64,000 bases of DNA, taken from Macrostomum lignano. Taxonomy: Eukaryota. Position numbers and translations under genes: made by a program. Under the pieces are notes generated by a model, which made no database searches, was not told the origin of the DNA, and saw only the letters and a program-made list of their open reading frames with translations. Location: assembly GCA_002269645.1 (NCBI GenBank), contig NIVC01000450.1, forward strand, positions 62,001-126,000, in the 5' to 3' direction. Shown here one piece after another: positions 25,410-37,402 of this stretch; positions within the stretch are counted from its first letter, which is position 1, and each line of letters begins with the position of its first letter.

Positions 25410-27845
25410 GCTGCCCCACTCAGTGACCTCTCCGCTGCCTCACTCAGTGACCTCTCCGCTGCCTCACTCAGTGACCCCTCCGCTACGACCACTCGTGACC
25501 TCTCCGCTTCCTCACTCAGTGACCTCTCCGCTGCCTCACTCAGTGACCTCTCCGCTTCCTCACTCAGTGACCTCTCCGCTACGACCACTCAGTGACCTCT
25601 CCGCTGCCTCCTTGAGTGAACTATCCGCTGCCTCACTCAGTGACCTCTCCGCTACGACCACTCGTGACCTCTCCGCTACGACCACTCAGTGACCTCTCCG
25701 CTACGACCACTCAGTGACCTCTCCGCTACCTCCTTGAGTGAACTATCCGCTGCCTCACTCGGTGACCTCTCCGCTGCCTCACTCGGTGACCTCTCCGCTG
25801 CCTCACTCAGTGACCTCTCCGCTGCCTCACTCAGTGACCCCTCCGCTACGACCACTCAGTGACCTCTCCGCTGCCTCCTTGAGTGAACTATCCGCTGCCT
25901 CACTCAGTGACCTCTCCGCTGCCTCACTCAGTGATCTCTCCGCTGCCTCACTCAGTGACCTCTCCGCTGCCTCACTCAGTGACCTCTTCGCTGCCTCACT
26001 CAGTGACCCCTCCGCTACGACCACTCAGTGACCTCTCCGCTGCCTCCTTGAGTGAACTATCCGCTGCCTCACTCAGTGACCTCTCCGCTGCCTCACTCAG
26101 TGACCCCTCCGCTACGACCACTCGTGACCTCTCCGCTTCCTCACTCAGTGACCTCTCCGCTGCCTCACTCAGTGACCTCTCCACTACGACCACTCGTGAC
26201 CTCTCCGCTGCCTCACTCAGTGACCTCTCCGCTACGACCACTCGTGACCTCTCCGCTGCCTCACTCAGTGACCTCTCCGCTACGACCACTCGTGACCTCT
26301 CCGCTACGACCACTCGTGACCTCTCCGCTACGACCACTCAGTGACCTCTCCGCTACGACCACTCAGTGACCTCTCCGCTGCCTCCTTGAGTGAACTATCC
26401 GCTGCCTCACTCGGTGACCTCTCCGCTGCCTCACTCGGTGACCTCTCCGCTGCCTCACTCAGTGACCTCTCCGCTACGACCACTCGTGACCTCTCCGCTA
26501 CGACCACTCAGTGACCTCTCCGCTACGACCACTCGTGACCTCTCCGCTACGACCACTCAGTGACCTCTCCGCTACGACCACTCAGTGACCTCTCCGCTGC
26601 CTCCTTGAGTGAACTATCCGCTGCCTCACTCGGTGACCTCTCCGCTGCCTCACTCGGTGACCTCTCCGCTGCCTCACTCAGTGACCTCTCCACTGCCTCA
26701 CTCAGTGACCCCTCCGCTACGACCACTCAGTGACCTCTCCGCTGCCTCCTTGAGTGAACTATCCGCTGCCTCACTCAGTGACCTCTCCGCTGCCTCACTC
26801 AGTGATCTCTCCGCTGCCTCACTCAGTGACCTCTCCGCTGCCTCACTCAGTGACCTCTTCGCTGCCTCACTCAGTGACCCCTCCGCTACGACCACTCAGT
26901 GACCTCTCCGCTGCCTCCTTGAGTGAACTATCCGCTGCCTCACTCAGTGACCTCTCCGCTGCCTCACTCAGTGACCCCTCCGCTACGACCACTCGTGACC
27001 TCTCCGCTTCCTCACTCAGTGACCTCTCCGCTGCCTCACTCAGTGACCTCTCCGCTACGACCACTCGTGACCTCTCCGCTGCCTCACTCAGTGACCTCTC
27101 CGCTGCCTCACTCAGTGACCTGACCGCTGCCCCACTCAGTGACCTGACCGCTGCCCCACTCAGTGACCCCTCCGCTGCCCCACTCAGTGACCTCTCCGCT
27201 GCCTCACTCAGTGACCTCTCCTCTGCCTCACTCAGTGACCTCTCCGCTGCCTCACTCAGTGACCTCTCCGCTGCCTCACTCAGTGACCTCTCCGCTGCCT
27301 CACTCAGTGACCTCTTCGCTGCCTCACTCAGTGACCCCTCCGCTACGACCACTCAGTGACCTCTCCGCTGCCTCCTTGAGTGAACTATCCGCTGCCTCAC
27401 TCAGTGACCTCTCCGCTGCCTCACTCAGTGACCCCTCCGCTACGACCACTCGTGACCTCTCCGCTTCCTCACTCAGTGACCTCTCCGCTGCCTCACTCAG
27501 TGACCTCTCCGCTACGACCACTCGTGACCTCTCCGCTGCCTCACTCAGTGACCTCTCCGCTGCCTCACTCAGTGACCTGACCGCTGCCCCACTCAGTGAC
27601 CTGACCGCTGCCCCACTCAGTGACCCCTCCGCTGCCCCACTCAGTGACCTCTCCGCTGCCTCACTCAGTGACCTCTCCTCTGCCTCACTCAGTGACCTCT
27701 CCGCTGCCTCACTCAGTGACCTCTCCGCTGCCTCACTCAGTGACCTCTCCGCTACGACCACTCAGTGACCTCTCCGCTGCCTCACTCAGTGACCTCTCCG
27801 CTGCCCCACTCAGTGACCTCTCCGCTTCCTCACTCAGTGCCTCTC
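25410..27845. repeat. 24/21-bp minisatellite with higher-order structure (CCTCACTCAGTGACCTCTCCGCTG and variants), downstream of Nrx-IV
   Basis: Variant units recur in blocks; ORF-track peptides repeat at offsets of 457 and 871 bp. Confidence 0.96.
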
Positions 27846-28482
27846 CGCTGCTGACAGCCTTCCCCATAAGTCTTTTATGATTGACACGGCGATTATTCTA
27901 TGAGTTGTTCTATGATTGAACCCCAACTCTAACCCCAAAACTGACCCTAAACCCTACTCCTAACACCATGGGTGATTCTTAGCATCTTAGCGATTTCCCC
28001 ATAAGCCTTTAAAGATTAGGTAAATGATTTAGCAGACTACTACGAGCGTAATTTTAATTTCAATTAAGATAAGTTCTCCCCTTTGCAGCGTCCACAAAAA
28101 CTGAACGCACCAGGAAAACTTTTAGTCAGCCCCAACAGGATCGGTGTTAAATATCAGAGTTTGCAGTTGCCAATAATAATAAATAATAAATAATAAATGT
28201 TTGCATGTCGCACCAACCCAATGCTGGATGCCAACTCTCATAACTAAAGCAGCTGCTACATGTAGATTGCTTCTTTGAGTTTTACAACCTGGTCTAAATT
28301 ATGCTCAAATCATAAAGCCTAACCTGCCTGGGTTTGGATTGGGAACAACTAACTCTAACGGAATTTGCACGAGTTTAGCTACAATTCTGTATAAAACTGT
28401 ATGGGCACCAACTGCAGTATCCAGATTCATTGTCAATTGACCTAGCAACTAAAACTAAAACTAAAACTGAAACTAAAAATAA

Positions 28483-28583
28483 ACTCAGCAACATCAAAGA
28501 CTCGCCATCACAGAAGATTCCGTCTGTGGTCGTCATTTTTGAGAGTGCAGGTAAAGTCTCTCTCAATCTTTGCGAGTGACGCA
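28483..28583 (+). repeat. about 100-bp dispersed repeat (ACTCAGCAACA...GTGACGCA); inverted copy at 51153-51257
   Basis: CAGAAGATTCCGTCTGTGGTCG..TTTTGAGAGTGC.GGTAAAGTCTCTCT is shared between the two sites in opposite orientation. Confidence 0.85.
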
Positions 28584-29126
28584 GGTTCGACGATAGGTTC
28601 GATTCCTAGCTTGCTCATGAAATTTTGGCCCTGAGAAGCTTTTACCTCATGAAAAAATTGTCAACTCGTGAAATCGTCATCTAGTGGACAAGAATATGCA
28701 AATTTTTAGTTTTGGCCCAGATTTTCTTGAGTACCGTCAATATTTCGTCTAGTTAAACAAAGCAGTCAAGCTTTATTAAACCCGGGAGTACTGTCACTTA
28801 TTTGAGAACCTTCATCAACCTGCCTTAAGCTGTCTCATCAACACCGGAAATTTTCTTCAGCATGCAGAGCAAACTTGAATAATGGGAAAGTTTTGTGTTG
28901 CGTTGTGTTGAGATCGATAACTCTTTGGGTAAATATAGAGCAGAATTTGCAAAAATGGTAGGCATGACTCAAGATTTACTCTGGCAAGCATCTTTCTTTG
29001 CTTCTGATTTTCTGCGTTGCTTTTTCCCATGTCTACAATAATTCAGGCTTCTTCTGCTGAGATTTGACTATCGATTGATGACATTGTTGATTCGTAAGCT
29101 GGAATGATAAAAAAAAGGCTGTTATT

Positions 29127-29317
29127 GGGGTTGTAGCCTAGTGGTTAGAGCGTTAGATTCCCGACTGAAAGGTCGGGGGTTCGATTCATTGTGCCATTGA
29201 GCAAGACACTTTGGGTGCCTGCATTAGCTGGGGTAATTGAGGGTGTGTGTGGCGACCCCCCCCCCCCAGTCCTTGGACTGAACAGCCGTACGCAGCCTTC
29301 AGATGCGCCGCGCAATA
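29127..29317 (+). mobile_element. tRNA-derived SINE, family B, internally deleted copy
   Basis: Head GGGGTTGTAGCCTAGTGGTTAGAGCG...GGTTCGATTC with A and B boxes; 3' half almost identical to the reverse complement of 41765-41860. Confidence 0.85.
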
Positions 29318-29679
29318 GCTGCGGCTGAGCTGTCGGTAACACATCTGCATGGTGTACTCAATTAATATTTTTCACCGTAAGAAAGCGTGGCTTCAGACTG
29401 TGTCAATATAAGCTTTATAGTTATTTGATACCCAGCACAAGCCGGAAATCATGAGAATTTTGCTGATCAAACATTGCATAAGCTCGTACCTATCTATGAT
29501 ATGGTATTATTGAGGGCTCCTTTATTCAATGGTTATTAAAAAAAATTTCACTAAAAAATTTCCAGAAAAATTCCTATATTATTTTTGGTATCGATATTGT
29601 TAGTACTAACTGTTCGAACACATTTTACCACTCATCACATTCACTTATTTTGGCACCACATTCATTCATTCATACAGTC

Positions 29680-30215
29680 ATTCATTTTGGTGCCACAGTC
29701 ACTCATTTCAGTGCCACAGTCACCCATTTTTGTGCCACAGTCACTCATTTTAGTGCCACAGTCACTCATTCTTGTGCCACAGTCACCCATTTTTGTGCCC
29801 AGTCACCCCCCATTTTGGCGCCCAAAAAGCGTTTAGTTCTAGTGAATCTATTCATAGTTGTTGCAAGACTATACTCGTATTTGAGAGCCAGTATAAAAAG
29901 TCACTCATTTCAGTGCCACAGTCACCCATTTCAGTGCCACAGTCACCCATTTTTGTGCCACAGTCACTCATTTCAGTGCCACAGTCACTCATTTTTGTGC
30001 TAAAGTCACTCATTTCAGTGCCACAGTCACCCATTTTAGTGCACAGTCACTCATTTCAGTGCCACAGTCACCCATTTTTGTGCTAAAGTCACTCATTTTT
30101 GTGCACAGTCACCCCCCATTTTGGCGCCCAGAAAGCGTTTAGTTCTATTGAATCCATTCATAGTTGTTGCAAGACTATACTCGTATTTGAGAGTCAGCAT
30201 AAAAAATCACTCATT
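29680..30215. repeat. Composite repeat: 21-bp TGCCACAGTCA(C/T).. units plus two copies of a about 110-bp block (period about 305 bp)
   Basis: Block CAGTCACCCCCCATTTTGGCGCCC...GACTATACTCGTATTTGAGAG at about 29800 and about 30106. Confidence 0.88.
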
Positions 30216-30393
30216 GATATAGTTTTTTGGTAGACTTTGGTCTTAACCAATTGCAATGAATCAAGGTTCATTTTATTTAAAATTCAAACTTTTTTATCTC
30301 AGTGACTCGATTTTAAATTGAAGTCTCATTAGTACTCAGAGTTATATCGATCGACAGCAGGCTCATGTCATCCCAAGTCAAACGCGTTCTCCC

Positions 30394-31122
30394 TCAGCTG
30401 CGCACGAACAGAGTCCAGTTGGGTCCGGTCAGGCTGGCCGGTGGCTGGGCGAACGCCAGCAGGTGGCAGGCGAGCAGCCGCTGGGAGAAAACGGCAGCCT
30501 GACAGTCGGCTCTGGCGCTGCACTGAAGCAGGCAGTCAGCGTCAGACTGGGCAGCGGCCGGCCAGGACAAGGTCTTGCTGGTGGTCACTTCAGGGAATTC
30601 CGGTTGCTTCACGATGTTGTAGATGTTCTTGTCTGAAGCGGATGTTGTCTTTAACAGAAATTATGTGGAATACGAGTATTGCCGTATATAGTTAAATATT
30701 AAGTTCAACTTATTCGGATAGATTAAAGCAAACACCGAGTTGATGGCGAAGCCTCCGCAAGTCTGCGAAGGGTTTCCGGCGCAGTTCTTGTTGCACTTGC
30801 TCTCGTCGAGCTTTCCATGCAAGCCATAGGTTGTGCCGCAGAAGCAGTACTTAATGTTCTGCACTGCAAAGTAGGGAAAGCCGCCTAGAGAGCAGACATC
30901 GCTGCAAAACTCCAGTGACATGTTGTCAGGATCGCCTATTATCCCGATTCTAGCATTAATACTGTACGGCCCCAGCTGGCTCAGTCCCTTCAGACCGGTC
31001 AAGTCTCTGTTCGAGTTGTCACCGTCTTGGTAGCAACCAACATATGAGATCTTAGCAACCCTGGCAACAGCGCAGGTCACAATAACGCACAGAAATGTCG
31101 AATGAAACAGGGAAATATGCAT
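30394..31122 (-). CDS. Secreted WSC + PAN/apple-like protein, paralog A; exons 31122-30714 and 30632-30394; donor reads ATAAGT rather than GTAAGT
   Basis: Signal peptide, then WSC (YVGCYQD...MSLEFCSDVC...YFAVQNIKYCFCG...CNKNCAGNPSQTCGG), then exon 2 with PAN-type CxxxCxxxxxCx(n)C (CLLQCSARADCQAAVFSQRLLACHLL). Intron position inferred from paralog B. Confidence 0.78.
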
Positions 31123-31359
31123 TGACAAGCACACAGTTATGTTTTTGGCGATTATCAACCTTTAAGTCTGTTGTTTGAAGAATTTCAGATTTGGGTTTGG
31201 ATTTTATAACTACTGGAGTACGACCTACTAGAAGCGATGATTTTTCAGCTTACTATAACCAATCAGCTTAGATATTCTCACCATTGGCGGAATTTGGTTG
31301 GATTATATTTAGACCTTTAGGTAAGATACCAACGTACCGAGTTTTTTTGTGTTTCCGTC

Positions 31360-32775
31360 TATAGTTTTGGAGTCAGATAATGGTAAATTGTTTCTATGGT
31401 TTTGGAGGCAGATAATGGTAGATTGTGTCTTTGGTTTTGGAGTCAGGTAATGGTAGATTGTGTCTATGGTTTTGGAGTCAGATAATGGTAGATTGTGTCT
31501 ATGGTTTTGGAGGCAGGTAATGGTGATTGTGTCTATGGTTTTGTAGGCAGACAATGGTAGATTGTGTCTATGGTTTTGGAGGCAGGTAATGGTAGATTGT
31601 GTCTATGGTTTTGGAGGCAGGTAATGGTAGATTGTGTCTATGGTTTTGGAGGCAGGTAATGGTAGATTGTGTCTTTGGTTTTGGAGGCAGGTAATGGTAG
31701 ACTTGACTTACTTGACTTAGCTGCAGGGGGCGTCCAGCGGATGCAGCGAGGAGGCGGAGGAGACCGCCCATTCCGCTAGCCCCTGGCGACCAACGACTTC
31801 CGTTGAAGTGGTGTCGCTCAGGGGGACCCGTCGGTCTCGCCTGCAGCGCGGTCCTCCTCACCGACGGTGGGGAAGAAATCAGCTCGTCCGGTGTCCCTGA
31901 GGTACCGGGCGAGCAGCGGGATGCTCTCGGGCCTGCAAACGTCGGAGAGAACCGGGTTTGGCCCGAGGTGAGTAAGCCTGGCCCTGGTGAAAACCGGGCA
32001 GTGGCAGATAAAATGCTCGGCGTTTTCACTGCCTGAGCGGCAGAAGGGGCACCGCTCCTCGGGTACTTGGCCCTGAAGGAAGCGGTGGCGAGAGAAGCAG
32101 CCATGCCCGGAGAGGGCCATGCTAACTGCTCTGAGGTCTCTGCGGTTGAGCCTGAGGAGGGCTCTACGCAGGAGAGGAGAGGGACAGGGGACGGCAGCAC
32201 GGGATTGCCTACAATTCCGGGTGTCGTGCCACCTGCGGAGATGCTCGGAGTCAGCCCAGCGCTTAACGCGGGAATTGATCACCGAGGCGGGGATGGGGGC
32301 ACCCGGGCCCGGCCCCAGCAGCGCGCCGGCGGAGCCAGCCTTGGCCAGCAGGTCAGCGCGCTCGTTGCCGAGGAAGCCGGCGTGGCCCGGGATCCATCTG
32401 AGCTCCACCTGGTTGCCTAGCGCAAGCCCGTTGAGCTGGGTGTTGCAGTCCAGGACGGACCTGGAGCTGGCGGTGCTGCGGCAGAGGGCCCGAAGGGCCA
32501 GGTAATGGTAGATTGTGTCTATGGTTTTGAAGGCAGACAACGGTAGATTGTGTCTATGGTTTTGGAGGCAGGTAATGGTAGATTGTGTCTATGGCTTTGG
32601 AGTCAGATAATGGTAGATTGTGTCTATGGTTTTGGAGGCAGGTAATGGTAGATTGTGTCTATGGTTTTGAAGGCAGACAATGGTAGATTGTGTCTATGGT
32701 TTTGGAGGCAGGTAATGGTAGATTGTGTCTATGGTTTTGGAGTCAGATAATGGTAGATTGTGTCTATGGTTTTGA
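31360..32775. repeat. 33-bp minisatellite (GTAATGGTAGATTGTGTCTATGGTTTTGGAGGCAG-type), split by a LINE insertion at 31702-32498
   Basis: Same units on both sides of the insertion. Confidence 0.93.
31702..32498 (-). mobile_element. 5'-truncated non-LTR retrotransposon (I-group, LOA/Tad1/I-like) 3' end: RNase H C-terminal half + C-terminal zinc knuckle
   Basis: Open frame ALRAL...VELRWIPGHAGFLGNERADLLAKAG (RNase H) ...ALSGHG...CPFCRSGSENAEHFICHCP; stop at 31820-31818; 116-nt 3' UTR ending TAAGTCAAGTAAGTCAAG; 14-bp duplication CAGGTAATGGTAGA at 31688-31701 and 32499-32512. Confidence 0.92.
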
Positions 32776-33089
32776 TTAGGTGAAGGCTGTCGGCCGCGGA
32801 AGGCAGAAATTATTCAGACACATGTGATTGACGTGCTGGTGAAATTTGAAGGCTTGGCACCACCGTATATAAAAGCGCATTGCTGATTGACGTACTGCAT
32901 GGCTGGGGATTTAAATCTTGTTTGAGAAGATGTGCAACAAAAAGCAAGCCCGTTTTCCTGAAATTCGTGTTCCTGGGTTGCTCCATTCCGGCACAAAAAA
33001 TGTCAGAGCATTGGGAAATGGGATCCAAAACCTCTTTGCAGTACTTGCAGTAGTACTGTTATGACAATAAAACATATTAAATAATTGAA

Positions 33090-33812
33090 GCATTTGAAGA
33101 AGGCATTCGACTTGGTCGTCAGATTTATGCTGCCAAAAGTGTTCCGTGCGTACAACGTGCCAAAGCAGCTTGTCTCCGCCATCATGACAATGTGCCGTGA
33201 TATGAAACCGGCTGTTTCGATACCAATCGGCCTAACAGGCATCTCCAGCTTCAGGGAGATCCGACTTGTTCTGGTGCTTGACTGGGTGCTGTTGATTGTT
33301 TATACTACCAACGACGACGGCATTCTGCTGAGGCGACGCGTGCCTGGCTACGCCGACGATCTCGTCCTGCTTTCCTCAACTGTCGAGGTCGCCCAGCAAC
33401 AACTGGACAAGATAGTTACTGTTGCGGTGAGTGTCGGAAGATGATCAACACGTAGAAGACCGTCGTGCTCTGCGTGCCGGAATAAATTAAGGCTGCAATT
33501 TTGTGCCGAGGTGCAGATGAAGCAGGCGACGGAGCTTCGACGTTACCAGCAGTTCATCTACTTCCGCGGTCTGGTTCCCGGCGTCCTCGAGGATCTGCAA
33601 CATCGCCGCGGGCTGCCTTTCGTTCTTTAAAGCCAGTCCTGCAGTCCGAGGCCCTACACCTGATCGCCAGAGGGCAGCGTTGTTCCAGGCAATGGTCGAG
33701 ACCGTCCTGCTGTACGAAGCTGAGATCTGGACGCTGACGCACTCGCTCGAACTACAAGTAGACGCGGGACACGCTGGCCTGCTGCGAGCCGCCTTCAAGA
33801 TCAGCGACGAGC
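33090..33812 (+). mobile_element. Degenerate RTE-like LINE reverse transcriptase fragment
   Basis: KKAFDLV..LPKVFRAYNVP...LVLVLDWVL...YADDLVLL...AQQQLDKIV, then after frameshifts FQAMVETVLLYEAEIWTL; internal deletions and frameshifts. Confidence 0.85.
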
Positions 33813-34636
33813 TCGAGTTTCCATTGCGACACTGAAATTTATTGATGAACCAGTAGCCAAAAAGACCGGAAAGTACTACGACATCGTTATAGCTACATTA
33901 ATAATGGCATTTGACCGGCCTCCAGTATAAAGCTTTCGTAGTTTAAATCTCAATCAAGAGTAGTGTATTTTCGGAAAACCTGAGAACCTTCAAAAGTTTT
34001 CAAAGACAACAATTGCACCGTTACTTTTCACCTGGTGAGACAACTTAGTCGCGGTTCAAACGATGAGTTAGGCATGGAATTTTCCCCCAGAGCTGCCTTC
34101 TTTATGCAGAGAACTTCGTGACTATAAGCCGGCACTCTAAATAGGCAACGGAGGGTTTAAGCCAGCCCTGGGAGAACAATTCCGCTGCTTGCGCAGCAAT
34201 TATACAGTCTTTCGCGGGTCTTTCGCAAAAGAAATCCCCAAATTCACGTATTGGCAGTGGCGCCATTGAGGCCCTCATCAGCTGCAAGGCAGCATTGCAG
34301 CGACCTTGCTTGAGACTGGCTGAGTATACTCTTAGTTATGGCCTACGAATACAATGCTGCAAAAAGGTGTCTGGAAAGTTTTGAGAGCTTCCAAGGCTCT
34401 ACATTAATGATGAGGCCAACAGCAGCTGACTACGCTTGTAGATTTTTTCCAGGCGTGTAGCTAAAAATTTTGACAAGTTTCTGAGAATTTTTTATCAAAA
34501 ACTCCATAGTTGGCTAACAGCTCTTCTGACAATTCCACTACATGAGTCCGTAGCTTCCAAGTGCCCCCTCTAGTCGTTATAAAGCAAACGCTGCGGGCTC
34601 TTCTGCGCTTCACTTCTCTCTTTTAGTTTGACACAA

Positions 34637-35725
34637 ATGTCTCGACTGTACCGACCGGTCTTTTATACGACTTTTCAGTTTGTTCTTCTGTTGGCAGATG
34701 TCCTTCCAGAAGCAAACGGAACTGCCGAGAGCAAGTCGGTTCTGCTTTCTGTACAAAAATGTCCATCGGTCACGAACCTCGCTACACTGAGCCCGGACAA
34801 CTCCGCTAAAGACTTAGCCGGCTGTGCAGCCCAGTGCGCCCGCTCCGCTGCCTGTGCCGGCATTCATTACTCCGCAGCGCTGTCGAAATGCTACCTGGGC
34901 AATCTAGATCAGCTGAGCTCGCTCTGGAATACGCTGAGCACCTCTGACTCGGATGGATGCGTGAGCTACGTCTCTCCCGCCATCAGAGATTCGCTTCTGG
35001 CCGAACCAAACGACCTTCCGACTACAACAGCCGCTCCCCTGACGATTCCTGGACTTAGCGCTTCAACCGCTGCGAAGTTGGTGATTTTGATCGATTTTCG
35101 ACAGGGCTACACCAACCTGGCCAACCCGTCCAAGTATGCGGCCACCCCCTACGGCTCCATCACCCGAGATAATCAGGGAGCCCATTTTCCGGGAACAAAC
35201 TCGGACTACATCGAGATTGACACCGATCGATTCAGTTTGGCTACAACTTACTTGAACTCGTCTTGTAACTTCACCTTCTTTGTAAAGCTGGTTAGGCAGA
35301 CTTGGAACCAGCAGAATTATCACCTGTTTCACGACTGCAACGGCAATCTTCGAGCTGAGTTCTGCGATCGCGTCGGCAAGTTGCACATCAGCCATTCATT
35401 TCCGGAGAAACCTGTCTTGCTGGATCAAACGGAGACTGTCGATTCAACCGCCGAGCTGTTGAACCGGGCCAACATCCTCCAGGGTGTTGCAGCCGCTGCC
35501 GTCTTCACTGGCGTCAACTTGTCGGCGCTTTACTTCAACGGCTCCGCGGTGGCCAATAGCGGGGACCTGAACCATGCCTACAACGGCGACCTGCAGTGCC
35601 TCCGTCTCGGCCACAATGCCGCCTCCAGCGCCGCTCTCAAAGGTCGCTACATCTGCTACGCCGTTGCCAATGCCGCTCTCACTGCCGATGAGATTGTCGA
35701 ACTAAACCAGTACTGCGGCAATTGA
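34637..35725 (+). CDS. Intronless secreted protein (362 aa): PAN/apple-like domain, Thr/Pro linker, LamG/concanavalin-like C-terminal domain
   Basis: Long non-repetitive ORF with GC-rich codons; hydrophobic N-terminus; CAAQCARSAACAGIHYSAALSKCYL (PAN-like); FPGTNSDYIEI..FTFFVKL...LYFNGSAV...LRLG...GRYICYAVANAALTADEIVEL resembles LamG/pentraxin-fold domains (inferred). Confidence 0.82.
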   Translation: MSRLYRPVFYTTFQFVLLLADVLPEANGTAESKSVLLSVQKCPSVTNLATLSPDNSAKDLAGCAAQCARSAACAGIHYSAALSKCYLGNLDQLSSLWNTLSTSDSDGCVSYVSPAIRDSLLAEPNDLPTTTAAPLTIPGLSASTAAKLVILIDFRQGYTNLANPSKYAATPYGSITRDNQGAHFPGTNSDYIEIDTDRFSLATTYLNSSCNFTFFVKLVRQTWNQQNYHLFHDCNGNLRAEFCDRVGKLHISHSFPEKPVLLDQTETVDSTAELLNRANILQGVAAAAVFTGVNLSALYFNGSAVANSGDLNHAYNGDLQCLRLGHNAASSAALKGRYICYAVANAALTADEIVELNQYCGN

Positions 35726-37402
35726 TTTGCACACCTGGACTGGATAACTGGAACTTGGAGCCAAAAACCTTTAAAGCCAAGAACAGTAAAATCTTACTGA
35801 AAATACCTTTTGGAAACTATTTTTTAAGTTGCTAAGAGTTTTGTTTGAAAAATTTTAATTTGAAAGTTGGTTTGACCATTGCAGCCAATTAATATATTAC
35901 TGAGCTTGTTAATTAAAATAACGTTTTTATTATGAACTATATTCGAGTTTGTAAGAACTACGACCCACAAAAAAATACCATTGAGATACGAAGACTTGCG
36001 CTTTCATACGGGTTTTTTTTAGTTTTTTTTTGTACATCATAAATTTTAGGGGTGTATTTTAAACAAAATCACTACAATTCTATTTGCTCTCGTTGCTAAC
36101 ATGTTTTTCATGTGGCTAGAAGAAAAAATTAACAGTTACAAATAAAAATTGTGACAGCAAATACCGAGACAAGTAAGTAGTAAAAACGAGTAATTAAGCA
36201 AATTTGTTTAACTAGAGGCATCTGTTTCGATGTATTTTGGTTTATTGATTAAAAACAATCCTCGATAGTTACTACTTGAATCATTAAAGGCTGCAGAAGT
36301 AATAATGGAAGAACATAGCTCTCTACGAGCATACTTAGGTTTGTCACAATATAGGATGTTTACATTGTACAAGGTACTGAGTTGCGGTTTTGTTATAATA
36401 AGATTAAAAAACACTTAAATCTATCGAGCGCTCTACAGATTGTTTGTATCACAACAAATTTTGGATTGTAATGACAACAGAAAGACGTAAATTTTTGCAA
36501 TTTTAAGGATTTTTTTGAAATATCGAGTTATCGAATCGAGTCAGTACGCTCGTACTGAATCGTTAAAAATCTTTTTATATAGACTTATCAAGCATTTTTG
36601 CTGGCTTGAAGGGAATCTCAACTATGGATAATTAGTCCCGAAATGAAAAACGGTACACCAGAGCTTCACTTTTGCTGTCGACAGATTCCTCTTTTGGAGC
36701 CGCAATGAGGGCAGAATCGATGAAAATTCCAACTCTCTGCGTCTCACCAAAGAATTCTTAGCTTTGTCCATCCACCATAAAATCCATTAGCGACTTCCCT
36801 GACCATGGCAGAATGCCAGTGTCAATCATCAATGCGTCTGATGGCGGATCAACGACACGAGAATGCAAAGTTGCCATAAGATTACCATTCATCTCATATT
36901 AGCTTTTAGACAGTATCGATCACATATAACTTGTTGCATTTTTTGCATTGAAAGTACAAGAATCCCGGATTAAAGTTTTATCTGTTCACCTTGGTTCTGG
37001 TCGTATTTAACAGCGGAACACACTGTTCCATATTCTGGGTTGCTGACGCTTTCAGCCGCTTTAAAATACACGAAACTAATTGAATTTAAGGTAAAATTTC
37101 TACAATTTTTTTCAGCAAAGCAGCTAAAATGAAAAAACTGCCGAAATTAACCGAAATCTATTTCGCTAATGGAATCAAACTACTTCTGATTAGCATATTA
37201 GTGCAGATACACATTCATAAAGACGTATAACAAAGCGACTTACTGAACTGAAGCTGACAGAAATCTAAACACTCGTAACTACAGAAACTGTTAAATCCGG
37301 CGACAAACCAGTGGCTAGTTCACCAGCTTTGCGTCTCAAGAAGTCCGCCAGATCTGCTGACAAAGTCTCTCAGCAAGCCATTTATCCAAGGCCTTGAAGC
37401 GG

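Noticed and set aside
27915-27968. Telomere-like CCCTAA motifs
   Set aside because: Only a few degenerate units; not a convincing interstitial telomeric array.
29127-29200. tRNA gene (also 41930-41999 and 37820-37885)
   Set aside because: A and B boxes are present but the anticodon and acceptor stems do not pair, and the heads continue into shared SINE bodies.
36600-36900. Exon-like GC-richer patch on the minus strand (also 34100-34330 and 40400-40600)
   Set aside because: Short frames with stops, no recognisable motif and no consistent splice partners.
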